A DNA stretch of 64,000 bases from a virus (taxonomy: Duplodnaviria; Caudoviricetes): positions 79,526-143,525 of IMG/VR virus record IMGVR_UViG_3300014204_000002. One strand, given 5' to 3'. A program made the position numbers and the translations under genes. The number at the start of each line of letters is the position of its first letter. Position 1 is the stretch's first letter. Shown one piece after another: positions 1 to 9,956 of the stretch. Below the pieces are notes generated by a model. It was given only the letters and a program-made list of their open reading frames with translations. It searched no databases and was not told where the DNA came from.

Positions 1-692
1 CATTTCAGCGTCTCGGCAGATCCGCCTTCTGGAGTCCACTTTAATACTGCATTGTAGAAAATTGCCGGTTCTCCATTGATCGTGTTGTTTGCAGAATTGT
101 AACCAACGTCAAATACCTCGGCACGCCGTGCAATCCACTGGAAAGTAGATTTTGCGTATTCCTTGACGTTCAGATTGATTTCAAAGTTCGTGATACCGAC
201 ACCACGATAGATCGTAGTAGAACCGTGAACATCATTAGATCCGGTCGTATCAGTTGCCTGTTCATCAATTACTTTCAGTGCAAGAGGCATTGCTTCCATT
301 GCCAGAATGTACTTGAGCCCGGCACCGTGTGCAGTGTTAGATGCTACAACCTCTGGCGTCTGATTTCCTAATGCTCCAAGTAAAAGACCTGAAGTTGCGA
401 AATCCCATCCTCTGAATGCTGCTTCGAACGAGCCGCTTGACGAGTAAGTACCCGCGTATACGGTCGCTGCAGCCACCTGATCAATAGACTCTTCAATAAC
501 GGAATTACGATTTGCGGCATCACTGAAGGAATTAACACGGATTGTCTTAAATGCATTCGTATGAGTCGCCCCACTTGAATATGTAATCCAATCGCTAGAT
601 GTGTTATATCCCGGAGCAATGACGTAGTCGTCTATTTCATCGGCATCATACGCCGATATGTCCGTGGTGATCGCTAATTCTCTTGTCGTCAA
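1..692 (-). CDS. Probable major tail tube protein (partial; runs off the window start)
   Basis: Hand-translated open frame from TTG at 692, with an AGGTGA RBS upstream: MTTRELAITTDISAYD...SGSFEAAFRGWDF...YRGVGITNFEINLNVKEYAKSTFQWIA. It lies after the neck genes and is absent from the ORF track because its stop is outside the window. Confidence 0.7.
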   Translation of the reverse strand, partial: MTTRELAITTDISAYDADEIDDYVIAPGYNTSSDWITYSSGATHTNAFKTIRVNSFSDAANRNSVIEESIDQVAAATVYAGTYSSSGSFEAAFRGWDFATSGLLLGALGNQTPEVVASNTAHGAGLKYILAMEAMPLALKVIDEQATDTTGSNDVHGSTTIYRGVGITNFEINLNVKEYAKSTFQWIARRAEVFDVGYNSANNTINGEPAIFYNAVLKWTPEGGSAETLK

Positions 693-787
693 TTCGTTTC
701 ACCTTTATATATTTTGTTTATTTTAATAATCGTAGATCTTGCAGATTCACTCGATCATGTATTTCCAGTTACCTTTATATAAGATAA

Positions 788-1207
788 TTATGGCTGTGCG
801 TTGTCAGGATCTGATATGTCCATCCAGTCGTTTTCGAATTTATAACAACAGGACATTTCTACTTGCGTTGTAGTGCCGAGTGGCGGTGCGTGGACTGGGC
901 CAAACATGAACGAGGTGCAATTTGGGGCTTCTGACTCCTCGACGTACTTCGTTACAAATGACAGGATGTTGCTAATTTTGTACGGGACTTCGTTATTGTC
1001 GTTTACGTTGAATATAATTTTGAGCCAGACAAGATCCCAATATGATTCCTGTGTTTCTACGCTGTTGTCAAAACTGTTGTAGACGACGCTACATTCGTTT
1101 TCATTGAGTTCGTTTGTGTAATTACTGTTCGTTGTATAGTTGAGTTTGCGCATGGCTTCCTCAACATAATACTTTACGTCCTTGCGACGTGCTTTATATA
1201 CTGCCAT
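788..1207 (-). CDS. Putative tail terminator/completion protein
   Basis: 139 aa; sits between neck genes and tail tube (synteny only). Confidence 0.5.
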   Translation of the reverse strand: MAVYKARRKDVKYYVEEAMRKLNYTTNSNYTNELNENECSVVYNSFDNSVETQESYWDLVWLKIIFNVNDNNEVPYKISNILSFVTKYVEESEAPNCTSFMFGPVHAPPLGTTTQVEMSCCYKFENDWMDISDPDNAQP

Positions 1208-2247
1208 TAAATGTCTCCAAATTCTTTAAATGGGTTAAACGGGCCATATTTGTTACGATAAACCTGTGGATCACGTTTTACTGTGCCATATCCTGATATA
1301 TCACGGTGTTTATCGTAGGGAGAGTCGGGTGTAACTGGCCCAGTTTTAGATTTACGGGATTTGCGTGTGGCTTCGTCCTTCGTGATATTCTTTTCTTTTT
1401 TAGATCCGGAACGAACCTTGGCGAGATCTGACTGTTGTAATATGCCCATTTTGGCAATCATGTCCATTACCCGCTTGTGCAACCGAGCATTTGTTGCTTC
1501 TACCTTTAATTGGAAATATGCCTGCCATCGGAGCCAGTACGATTGCTTAATTCCACGCCATTTTTGATTTCGCATCTTAATACGGCGATCAAGTTCCGGG
1601 ATATATGGGTGTCCGGATCTGACTCTGGCCCCGTGCATTAGAACATTAACATAATCGATTTTGCCACCAGTTGAAGAATAGCACGGCTTTACAAATAACA
1701 GGCATCCATCGGCAGTGATATCAGTAACCGATAGTGACCGACGAAGTTGCCCAGTATGCATTCTACCGGGAAATTGTCGCCTATTTTGAGTGTATTTTTT
1801 CTCTATGGCTTTTCCTTTGGTGCGATAGAGGTATTTTTCGTCTCCTATGAATGGGCCGCTCATTTGGTGGGGCCTGAATGCCTTGTTTCTGCGACGAAAT
1901 CGTCCACTTTGACGTGCAAATTTTTTGGGCCTCGCGTTTTTTGCGTAACCGGATTTTCGAAAATACATACCATAGGCACGTCGATTAAAGTATTCAGGAA
2001 CGCCTATGTACCAATCGTGCTGTAATTTGCGGGCTTCTGCAACAATCAACTCTTTAATTTTTAACGAGACCATATTTGCATAATCGAGTTGAAGCGCCTG
2101 TGATGCCGGGATTCTGGCCTTTGTGTTAAACCACATGCCATTTTGCATCTTAAAAGAATTGAAGCCCTTACGCTTTTCCTGCGTAAAAGGAACCAAGTCT
2201 TCTGACACGACAAGATAAAACGATCGTGTTGCGGTTGGTTTGCTCAT
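1207..2247 (-). CDS. Putative neck/tail-completion (HK97 gp10-like) protein, very basic
   Basis: HTGQLRRSL and YVNVLMHG motifs resemble gp10-like neck proteins; translationally coupled to both neighbours. Confidence 0.5.
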   Translation of the reverse strand: MSKPTATRSFYLVVSEDLVPFTQEKRKGFNSFKMQNGMWFNTKARIPASQALQLDYANMVSLKIKELIVAEARKLQHDWYIGVPEYFNRRAYGMYFRKSGYAKNARPKKFARQSGRFRRRNKAFRPHQMSGPFIGDEKYLYRTKGKAIEKKYTQNRRQFPGRMHTGQLRRSLSVTDITADGCLLFVKPCYSSTGGKIDYVNVLMHGARVRSGHPYIPELDRRIKMRNQKWRGIKQSYWLRWQAYFQLKVEATNARLHKRVMDMIAKMGILQQSDLAKVRSGSKKEKNITKDEATRKSRKSKTGPVTPDSPYDKHRDISGYGTVKRDPQVYRNKYGPFNPFKEFGDI

Positions 2248-2663
2248 GACTCAATGAGGGTCGGGCTCATGATGCCGTCAACCGGCGTTCCAAGGGCATT
2301 GATGTTCAGTGACAGATCATTGTTCAATGGCACTTGTGTGATATACGATAAACAATTATATGCCTGCATCAACAGCGTCTGAAGCAACATCGGGGCACTT
2401 TCCGGCAGTGTTCCAAGGCGTCTTTCTGAAAGCGTCGTGTAATTTTTGTAACTAATATAGGCACCAAGTCGAATGGTGCAACGTCGCACATATCGCATTT
2501 CGAGGTCGTCTGCCGCAATCATACACACGAAGTCCAATGCATCTTCTAAATCGTTGACGATTAATTCGTCGTCTATAATATCGAATCCCGGATCGCCTAT
2601 CGACTGCCTCACTGGTTTTGTCAGGCTATCTAAATTTAAATCGTAATCTGCCATGTAAAGCAA
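2244..2663 (-). CDS. Putative head-tail connector/adaptor
   Basis: 139-aa helical protein downstream of the MCP; TATA box around 2676-2684. Confidence 0.5.
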   Translation of the reverse strand: MLYMADYDLNLDSLTKPVRQSIGDPGFDIIDDELIVNDLEDALDFVCMIAADDLEMRYVRRCTIRLGAYISYKNYTTLSERRLGTLPESAPMLLQTLLMQAYNCLSYITQVPLNNDLSLNINALGTPVDGIMSPTLIES

Positions 2664-2692
2664 TGGTGATTTACAGTATATAAAAAAGAGAG

Positions 2693-3874
2693 TTATGTAT
2701 ATTTGTGGATGATTTGCTTTGCTACAAAGTGTTTTCTATTCATATAAATCGTTGCATCAGTATAAAGCCACTTTAAAACTTTACCTGTGTTAAATCCTCC
2801 CTGAACCAATAATACATATGTGTTTTTATCGTTGTTTTTATCTTGTTTATGAATATGTACGGATGTATCAGGAACATGCTTTTCAATTATTTTTTTAATT
2901 CCTGTCATTGCTTCAAATGTGCCAACTATAGAAGCATTATGTTTATAATTTTGTGGTGAGTTTTCATTTCGTTTATCTTTACGCTTGTAAATTGATACAT
3001 GCCCATCACCATCAAACCAACCTCGTATACAATGTCTCTGAATATATTCAGGAGCATCAATTATTACTTGTGGAAATTGCAATATAAGCGATTTTGCCGG
3101 AACCATTCCATATGAAACAAGTGTATCTTTCATGTGCTGACTGTACATGACTAAATTATATTGCGGTTTTGCATTTTCATAACCACTACTATCTTTTAAA
3201 TATAACGGTCTATCATTTGAAACAAATGAATTTAATTGCTCCACAAGATAGCCATCATCTTCTTTTAGTGCGAGTGAAATTGATGGCTGATCTTTTGCTA
3301 CATTTCCATCAGCATAAAGCATCCCGAGAAAATATGCCTTTTCTTCAGTGTCAATATTATCAAAGAAATCTTCAGTTATCTGATATTGATTTTCTTTAGT
3401 TGGGCGTGTAACTTCTCCATTTCTACGTAAGATACTAAGGATCGTTGTATCATCAACTTCATATAAATGACTAAGTTCTCGCATTGTAGCACCGTTTCTA
3501 TACAATTTACATACTCTCGCTTCTAATCTATCTCCCAGTTTACGCTTTCCTCCAACTGGATCTATTTTAACATCATTTTTATGCAGTGTTCTATTAATTA
3601 ATCCATAATCAAGTCCGAGTATGGCTGCAGTTTTTTCCATAGATCGTGTTTCTTCATATGTCTTGATTACAAGATCTACATCAATTGGTTTACATCCAGT
3701 ATTGTTATTATACCACTCTCTACGTTTAATGCCAGAATTAACTACAATTGTTCGTGCAGTAGTCGATCCAATACCAAACATTTCACCAAGTTCTCTATAT
3801 GATAAACCAGATATGTAATGCTCAACTAGTTGACTTTTCTGTTCATTGGTTAGTAATATACTTCCCATGATCAT
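2693..3874 (-). CDS. Free-standing LAGLIDADG homing endonuclease with N-terminal HTH repeats
   Basis: AYFLGMLYADG and CIRGWFDGDG motifs, FFDNIDTEEKAY linker, three HTH-like repeats; more AT-rich than the flanking genes. Confidence 0.9.
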   Translation of the reverse strand: MIMGSILLTNEQKSQLVEHYISGLSYRELGEMFGIGSTTARTIVVNSGIKRREWYNNNTGCKPIDVDLVIKTYEETRSMEKTAAILGLDYGLINRTLHKNDVKIDPVGGKRKLGDRLEARVCKLYRNGATMRELSHLYEVDDTTILSILRRNGEVTRPTKENQYQITEDFFDNIDTEEKAYFLGMLYADGNVAKDQPSISLALKEDDGYLVEQLNSFVSNDRPLYLKDSSGYENAKPQYNLVMYSQHMKDTLVSYGMVPAKSLILQFPQVIIDAPEYIQRHCIRGWFDGDGHVSIYKRKDKRNENSPQNYKHNASIVGTFEAMTGIKKIIEKHVPDTSVHIHKQDKNNDKNTYVLLVQGGFNTGKVLKWLYTDATIYMNRKHFVAKQIIHKYT

Positions 3875-4004
3875 ATATTGGCTATTAAACTATTTGTAAT
3901 TTGTGGCATATAGAAAAATAGAATCAAAAACTATGTAAAACAGACAATTTTTAAAAATGAGAAAATTAGAGATATTTTGTGGTATAATCAATTTTGTTAA
4001 TTGA

Positions 4005-4937
4005 TCATGTGGAAACTGTGGAAATCTTCATTATTCTGTCATTTGTGGCCTGCTGAAGGTAGGATTGAGGTAACGTCTTTGTACAGTAATACTGAGTCAC
4101 CATATATGCGTCTGATCCCTCGTCTGCATCACGAACCTGCTCGACGGTTGGAATTTTTCCGCCAGTGTAGTTGTAATGAATTGCAGTCTGAGGGCCTTTA
4201 ATAACACACAGAGCAGTGTTCTGATCATTAAGCTTCCGTGAACCCTTGAACGTAAATCCAAGTTTCTGAGTAAGCCACGAGTCAACTGCATCAGTGCGCA
4301 GACGTCCCATATTTCCACCAGAAGTCCCATTATCACGGAACATCTCAGGAAGCTTGAGCCGACCGAAGAGTTTCAGTGGGTAATACACAACAACGTCTTT
4401 CAGTTCGTTCTCGGTAACATTTGAGTTAGGCTTATCGAAGATTTCCTCAATGAGGTTTGCGATATCACCAACTACATCAGCCGCATTGTTATTCCACGGG
4501 GTTCCTGCTGCCTTGGTAGTTCCGGCACCATTCCAGAGTGCATTCAGAATATCGTTATCTCTGGCAATTGCCATACCACGGGCGACAGCATCCATTGAAT
4601 AGTTCCACTGGGTAGCCTCGTCGTTCCGAATACGGCTCTCATCATCGATCATGAGCTTAGACCGGTATTTGTTCATTGAGAACCCGATATCGAAAAATCC
4701 TAATTTAGAATACTCCCCTGTAGCACCTTCGTTAATCTGATAGGTGGGCAGTGTGTGGTCTTTCGGGAATCTCAGGTGCTTGTCAAGAACATCGGTGTTC
4801 TCCATCACAACTGCGTCCATGAACTCAACGTATGAAAGAGTCTTGAACCACACGAGCTCGGCAATCATGTCTCTACGAAGAGCGTCATAAGTCTGCCCGT
4901 CAGAGGTGTATATACCTGTATTATATGTCATATTCAT
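4005..4937 (-). CDS. Major capsid protein (HK97-like fold)
   Basis: 310 aa; follows protease and decoration genes; INEGA E-loop-like and ARGMAIARDNDIL spine-helix-like segments; GAGGTG RBS. Confidence 0.75.
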   Translation of the reverse strand: MNMTYNTGIYTSDGQTYDALRRDMIAELVWFKTLSYVEFMDAVVMENTDVLDKHLRFPKDHTLPTYQINEGATGEYSKLGFFDIGFSMNKYRSKLMIDDESRIRNDEATQWNYSMDAVARGMAIARDNDILNALWNGAGTTKAAGTPWNNNAADVVGDIANLIEEIFDKPNSNVTENELKDVVVYYPLKLFGRLKLPEMFRDNGTSGGNMGRLRTDAVDSWLTQKLGFTFKGSRKLNDQNTALCVIKGPQTAIHYNYTGGKIPTVEQVRDADEGSDAYMVTQYYCTKTLPQSYLQQATNDRIMKISTVST

Positions 4938-4948
4938 TTTAATTCACC

Positions 4949-5512
4949 TCATACCTTCACGTAAGGCGTGTTTATACGGACCTTTACGAACTTTGCTCCT
5001 GCTGCGCCTAATGAGTTATCGGCTGCCAGTTCTGCGATACCAATGACCGTGTTGCCAGTCGTTGCGATAGATGCGAATCCACCAGTTGCTGCAGCGATTT
5101 CTGCATTCAGCGTGATGTTAATTCCTGCTGCAATCGGGACACCCACGAGCTGATCGGGAATCAGTGGCACGACAGTGACCGGCGTAAAGAGAATCTCGTC
5201 AGTTGCGAACCCGGATCCTGCTACATCGGCATCTAATGGGTAGAATGCAAGTGTGGCCCCGGTTAAATTACTGGTAATTGCAGTCGTCTTGAAGGACCAA
5301 CCTTTTACTGCTGCTCCCGTGGCTGCGGGGACGGTAACAAGGTATCCATCTGCGCCAGAATCGTAATCTACGGCAGGCTTAAGGTCCATTAACAGACCGG
5401 CATACTTTACCTGATACGGACAGGCGTATGCAAAGTTACCTTCTCCAATGCGTCCACCATTTACGGTAGTTGAAGTAGTAACCCCTATTTTTCCTAATGC
5501 TGGATTAATCAT
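4949..5512 (-). CDS. Capsid decoration/cement protein
   Basis: Ala/Gly/Thr-rich, with C-terminal VIGIAELAA...AGAKFVKVRI typical of cement proteins; directly upstream of the MCP. Confidence 0.6.
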   Translation of the reverse strand: MINPALGKIGVTTSTTVNGGRIGEGNFAYACPYQVKYAGLLMDLKPAVDYDSGADGYLVTVPAATGAAVKGWSFKTTAITSNLTGATLAFYPLDADVAGSGFATDEILFTPVTVVPLIPDQLVGVPIAAGINITLNAEIAAATGGFASIATTGNTVIGIAELAADNSLGAAGAKFVKVRINTPYVKV

Positions 5513-5549
5513 ATTTTTTACCTATTATGTACAGTTATATCACTGAGGA

Positions 5550-6728
5550 TCACTGTACTGGAATCCTCAGAGTTTTTGACAATCTTTCTGCTGTCTCTTG
5601 ATCAAGTTGCATTTTGAGTGATTCTGCAAGACCAATGACCGTAGGTTTCGTTGATTGGTTCTTGCCTCCCTCAACCCCGAGTGGTGTACTTTGTGGGGAG
5701 TTCATTGGCGTATTCTTGACAATTGCTACTTTGAGTGCGTCAAGAGTCTCAATCTTCAATTTAGTGTCTTTAATGTGAGCAACAAGTTTTTCAGGACTTT
5801 CCTGTCCGAGAGCGCGAAATTCTGCCAATTTAGCAGTATATGCGGCTTTCTCGTCCTTGTCGAGTTGTGCCTTGTAAGTTATGTTCTCTGCCTGCAGTTT
5901 GGTAAACTGGTCGAGCAGTTCCTTTGGAATATTTTCTGCTGGCTGTTCAGTCGATACCGGCTGCACCGTTGCTAAATTATTAATAACGGATGGCTCTAAA
6001 GGCTGCGGAGTATTAGATTTTAATGCGGCGATTTCCTGCTGCATAGCCTCTAACTGCCCACCAATCTTGGTCGAAAATCCTTCGACTATCGACGCTGCAA
6101 TATTTTTAGCAAAGTCCTGCGGATCAAATGCTGGCGTAGGAGTAGTCGGAGCGATCGGTGCAGTTGGCTGAACAAATGTGTCTGTAGGAACCTGTGTTCC
6201 CTGTATATTTACGGTTGTTACGGGTTGTTCGTCAGGAACGGTCATAGAGTTTACCTCTGGGGCAGAAAATGCAAACCGAGTCATGTTAACTTTAGTTTGC
6301 TGCATTGCTGGATTCGGGACAAAAGCAAGTTTCACAATCTTTCCACTGACAACTTTTCCAGAAGAGTCTTTTTCAAAATCAATGACTGGTGATATCGAAT
6401 TGTAGCCCATAGCAATCGCATTTTTGACATTATCGGTATTAAACACGATTCCCTTATGGCCTATTCCAGTGTCGTTTTCAGCAAATTGCGTTGCGTGCCC
6501 AACTTCTTCCTGAAATCCATCCTCGTGCTTAATAACAAAAGGAATGGACTCGTCTATATTATTGAAAAGAAGTTTGGCGTCTTCCGGAGAGATATCTACT
6601 TTGTTTCCAGAATGTGAAATGAAGCTTCCAATTTCGAGGATGTTACCTTCTGTCTTGATTACATCCCCGACCTGTTTCCAGTTTGAAACATTGCTCGTGT
6701 TACTCGCATTGTTTAAATTTTCAGCCAT
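5550..6728 (-). CDS. Prohead protease-scaffold fusion
   Basis: N-terminal domain with H (VIKHE), S (NSISP) and LAFVPNPA, like Mu gpI/HK97-type proteases, then a Pro/Thr linker and coiled coil. Confidence 0.7.
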   Translation of the reverse strand: MAENLNNASNTSNVSNWKQVGDVIKTEGNILEIGSFISHSGNKVDISPEDAKLLFNNIDESIPFVIKHEDGFQEEVGHATQFAENDTGIGHKGIVFNTDNVKNAIAMGYNSISPVIDFEKDSSGKVVSGKIVKLAFVPNPAMQQTKVNMTRFAFSAPEVNSMTVPDEQPVTTVNIQGTQVPTDTFVQPTAPIAPTTPTPAFDPQDFAKNIAASIVEGFSTKIGGQLEAMQQEIAALKSNTPQPLEPSVINNLATVQPVSTEQPAENIPKELLDQFTKLQAENITYKAQLDKDEKAAYTAKLAEFRALGQESPEKLVAHIKDTKLKIETLDALKVAIVKNTPMNSPQSTPLGVEGGKNQSTKPTVIGLAESLKMQLDQETAERLSKTLRIPVQ

Positions 6729-6794
6729 CAGAAAACAAGTGCTGTTTTCCTACATATAAAGAAGTTCAATAAAAAGAGTTTACATAAAGTTGCC

Positions 6795-8033
6795 AAAGAA
6801 TGCTCGTGACTTCAATCATGATAAGAATTTATAATATATGGAAAAGTATTAAATATTAAGCAGATCAATAATGTACAGTGTCGCTTAAAGCCTATAAGTT
6901 TAGAATATATCCTACCAAGGCGCAAGAGACTGTGTTAGAACAGACTCTTGAAACTTGTCGTAGAGTATATAATAAAACTTTGGCTTTAAAAAGAGAAGTT
7001 TATGAAGCCACGAAGACCCACATCTCCCTGTTTGAAACCAATAAACAACTGACCCAATGGAAGAAGGAAGAACCAATTTATCTAAAGAAAGTTCATTCTC
7101 AAGTACTGCAGAATGTACAAGTAAGAGTGGATCTATCATTTCAAGGATTTTTTCGAAGAGTTAAAATTGATTCCGCTAATGCCGGATACCCTATATTTAA
7201 GGCAAAAGGCAGGTATGATTCTATCACCTATCCTCAGCCCGGTTCAGCATTTAGATTGAGATCTGGTTGTATTGAATTATCAAAGATCGGATCAGTTAAA
7301 ATTAAACAACACCGAGCAATTGAAGGCAGCCCCAAAACTTGCATAGTTTTAAAAACATGTACTGGTAAGTGGTTTGTTTCAATCTGTTGCGAAGTTGAGA
7401 AGAAATCTAAACCAAAACGAGAGTTTAAAGCAATTGGAATTGATTTAGGTGTGAGAACACTTTGTGCCTTATCAAATGGGGAAGAAGTCCTACCTCCAAG
7501 ATTCTTAATGCAAGATGAAAAGATCCTTGCAAAAGCACAACGTAAGTTAAGTGCTGCTGAAAAAGGATCTAAAATGAGAAAGAAGTGCAAGAAAGTAGTT
7601 GCGCATATTCATGAACGAATATCCAATAAACGTAAAGATTTCTGTGAGAAGTTAAGTCTATCTTTGGTTCAGACCTACTCTTTTATTGCATTTGAGGATC
7701 TGAAGATAAATGAAATGGTGCAAAGATCGGATTGCTATATCGAGAAACATATTCTAGATGCTGCATGGAACCAATTAACAACCAGAACAATACGCAAAGC
7801 GGAAGATGCTGGTGCAAAAGTTGTGTTTGTTAATCCGTGTAATACTACTAAAATGTGTTCACAATGTGGAACGTTAGTACCAAAAGATAGAAGTGAAAAG
7901 GTACATAATTGTCCCGCGTGTGGTCTTTCCATAGGAAGAGATCATAATGCAGCAATCAATATACTCAGACTGGGGTTGCAGTCTGTGGGTTCAATCCCTA
8001 TATGCCCGTCACTTTAGTGGTGAGAACAATCAC
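6795..8033 (+). mobile_element. IS200/IS605-family (IS1341-like) non-autonomous element, tnpB only
   Basis: Imperfect subterminal hairpins at both ends (caaagaatgctcgtgacttcaatcatga; tatgcccgtcactttagtggtgagaacaatcac); no tnpA; antisense insertion between portal and protease genes. Ends are approximate. Confidence 0.75.
6878..8017 (+). CDS. tnpB: RNA-guided endonuclease TnpB
   Basis: KAYKFRIYPT N-terminus; RuvC D (IGIDLG), E (AFEDL) and D (RDHNAAINI) intact; Zn finger CSQCG...CPACG. Confidence 0.95.
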   Translation: MSLKAYKFRIYPTKAQETVLEQTLETCRRVYNKTLALKREVYEATKTHISLFETNKQLTQWKKEEPIYLKKVHSQVLQNVQVRVDLSFQGFFRRVKIDSANAGYPIFKAKGRYDSITYPQPGSAFRLRSGCIELSKIGSVKIKQHRAIEGSPKTCIVLKTCTGKWFVSICCEVEKKSKPKREFKAIGIDLGVRTLCALSNGEEVLPPRFLMQDEKILAKAQRKLSAAEKGSKMRKKCKKVVAHIHERISNKRKDFCEKLSLSLVQTYSFIAFEDLKINEMVQRSDCYIEKHILDAAWNQLTTRTIRKAEDAGAKVVFVNPCNTTKMCSQCGTLVPKDRSEKVHNCPACGLSIGRDHNAAINILRLGLQSVGSIPICPSL

Positions 8034-8041
8034 TTATGAGA

Positions 8042-9754
8042 TTATTCATATAATACAGACTTACTTACACTATCTCCCGAGTCAGTAGTTTGGGTGCCCG
8101 CAGATTTGGGTGTTGTGGGGCTGTTTACCTTCCCATCTGACCTGCCTCCTACAACGCCACCGAAATTAGCCTTTGTTTTCTCGATCTCCTGTTGTGCTTC
8201 AGTTTTAATTTTCTGCTGGTGTTCAAGGGACAATTCGTCAATTGAATGTACAATTTGGGTATTTCCACTAGTGAGAATTCCATCGTCCTTAATCTGCTGT
8301 TCGTTTAATGGCGCGAATCCAACTTCTTCTCTTATTTCGGTCGGTGTGAATGCCCCAATATCCTTCATTAACTGGGCAACTTTTAACTTTTCGAGCCGTG
8401 ACGCCGCCAATTCGAAGTGAATCTTAACGTCTAGATGAGATACCGGGTAATCAGGATTAATCTGTAATAGTCGTTCCTTCATATTTTCAAGAATTACCTT
8501 GGAAATACGTTTTGCGATCTGCTCAACGCGCAGAGATGCCCCGGACGCAATAATCAACTCGCTTGCATACGACCCATCGCTCTGACCCCTAATAACAGAT
8601 GGTGGCATTCCGGCTCCATCCCAGATACTTCCGTCAATTTGCGCCAGTAATCCAGACGCATCCATATAAGAGTTTCCGGCATGTTCCAAGTTTTCAATTT
8701 TGACATTTGACGAAGTAACATGTTTTTGATCCGGCGCAAGAGTCTTTAGCCCTGCTGCATAACTCGAAATAAAAGACCGTAGTGCTTTATCTGCCGCTTT
8801 ACGTTTCTGCACTGGAGTTCCCGGAAACAATGCGACATTAAATGCATTCGCATCAATTATATGGTGCTCTCTGGGAACATTTGCCCATCTCCAAATCGTC
8901 TCAATGATATATACCTGCCGTTTCATCCAAATTGGAACAATGCAACGTTGTAATGGTGAGATTCCATAAATGCCGAAAGTCATCCGTTCACGATTATCAA
9001 TGATATTCAGAGGCACATCTGACAATTTGAGGTGAATGAATTCGTCCTTTTCTAAAATCGTCTGTGTAGTAAAGAAATGTTCGTCAATTACAAGGAAGTT
9101 TTCATCGGTGATGATAGTATTTGGCGAAATAGCCCCGTCTATTCGAGCCTTGTCGTCTAATATAGTAATCCTGTTATTTGGCAAGACTGTCAGGCTTAAA
9201 TTGTCGTGCTTCTGTAAGTACAACTCGCCCTGTAAGTAAAGAATTGCGGCCCATGTCTCCATAATTGACGGAATATCAATAAGACGCGAAATTTCGTTTG
9301 CGGTGTCCTTCATTTCATCGCGTAATCTTGATTTGCTAATGAGAGCACGTAGTTCTGGCTCTAATTGCCCGTCATATTCCTCGTTATTTAATTTTTCATA
9401 AATTTCGTCGGGAATAGAGTCAAGCATGGTATCACCAATCAACATAAAATAATTAAATGACGATCTCACCATTTCGGCAACTTTGTTTACTACTGCGGCA
9501 ACTTCCGGTTCCCAGACATATAATTGCTCATAAATATCACGCTCGTTTAATTCTTCAAAATTAGATAAGCCGATGAGAAAGTTTGCAATAGATGACGTTA
9601 TCTGCGTCGCGTTTGCTGCAGTTCCGTCTGCTGTATTGTGTTGTATTCCGGGGTCTTGAGATTTGTAACGATTATATGTTGCTGGCAATCCGACAGTTCT
9701 ATTAAAGTTGTCAGCAGAAGAAAACATCTCGCGCACGCGATCCACTATTGTCAT
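8042..9754 (-). CDS. Portal protein
   Basis: 570 aa directly downstream of terL; YGISPL, AGMPP and FTPTEIREEVGFAPL portal-like motifs. Confidence 0.85.
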   Translation of the reverse strand: MTIVDRVREMFSSADNFNRTVGLPATYNRYKSQDPGIQHNTADGTAANATQITSSIANFLIGLSNFEELNERDIYEQLYVWEPEVAAVVNKVAEMVRSSFNYFMLIGDTMLDSIPDEIYEKLNNEEYDGQLEPELRALISKSRLRDEMKDTANEISRLIDIPSIMETWAAILYLQGELYLQKHDNLSLTVLPNNRITILDDKARIDGAISPNTIITDENFLVIDEHFFTTQTILEKDEFIHLKLSDVPLNIIDNRERMTFGIYGISPLQRCIVPIWMKRQVYIIETIWRWANVPREHHIIDANAFNVALFPGTPVQKRKAADKALRSFISSYAAGLKTLAPDQKHVTSSNVKIENLEHAGNSYMDASGLLAQIDGSIWDGAGMPPSVIRGQSDGSYASELIIASGASLRVEQIAKRISKVILENMKERLLQINPDYPVSHLDVKIHFELAASRLEKLKVAQLMKDIGAFTPTEIREEVGFAPLNEQQIKDDGILTSGNTQIVHSIDELSLEHQQKIKTEAQQEIEKTKANFGGVVGGRSDGKVNSPTTPKSAGTQTTDSGDSVSKSVLYE

Positions 9755-9956
9755 ATGTTAACTAAAGTGGATTTACAATATATAAAAAGAATTAGTTTGT
9801 AAGATACATACAGATGGATTCTGCCCACATCTTGACCCTTACTTGTTCAGAAGGACTTATTTTATCGTAATCGGTATTATTAGCATGGCAAATCATTTGT
9901 GCCACGCTCTCTATCTTAAGGTCGTCCATTAATATTCCACTTTGATTTTCCTGTTA

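Noticed and set aside
2664-4004. Group I intron around the LAGLIDADG ORF
   Set aside because: The MCP ends with a normal stop, the next gene has its own promoter, and the flanks are short, AT-rich and lack an intron core.
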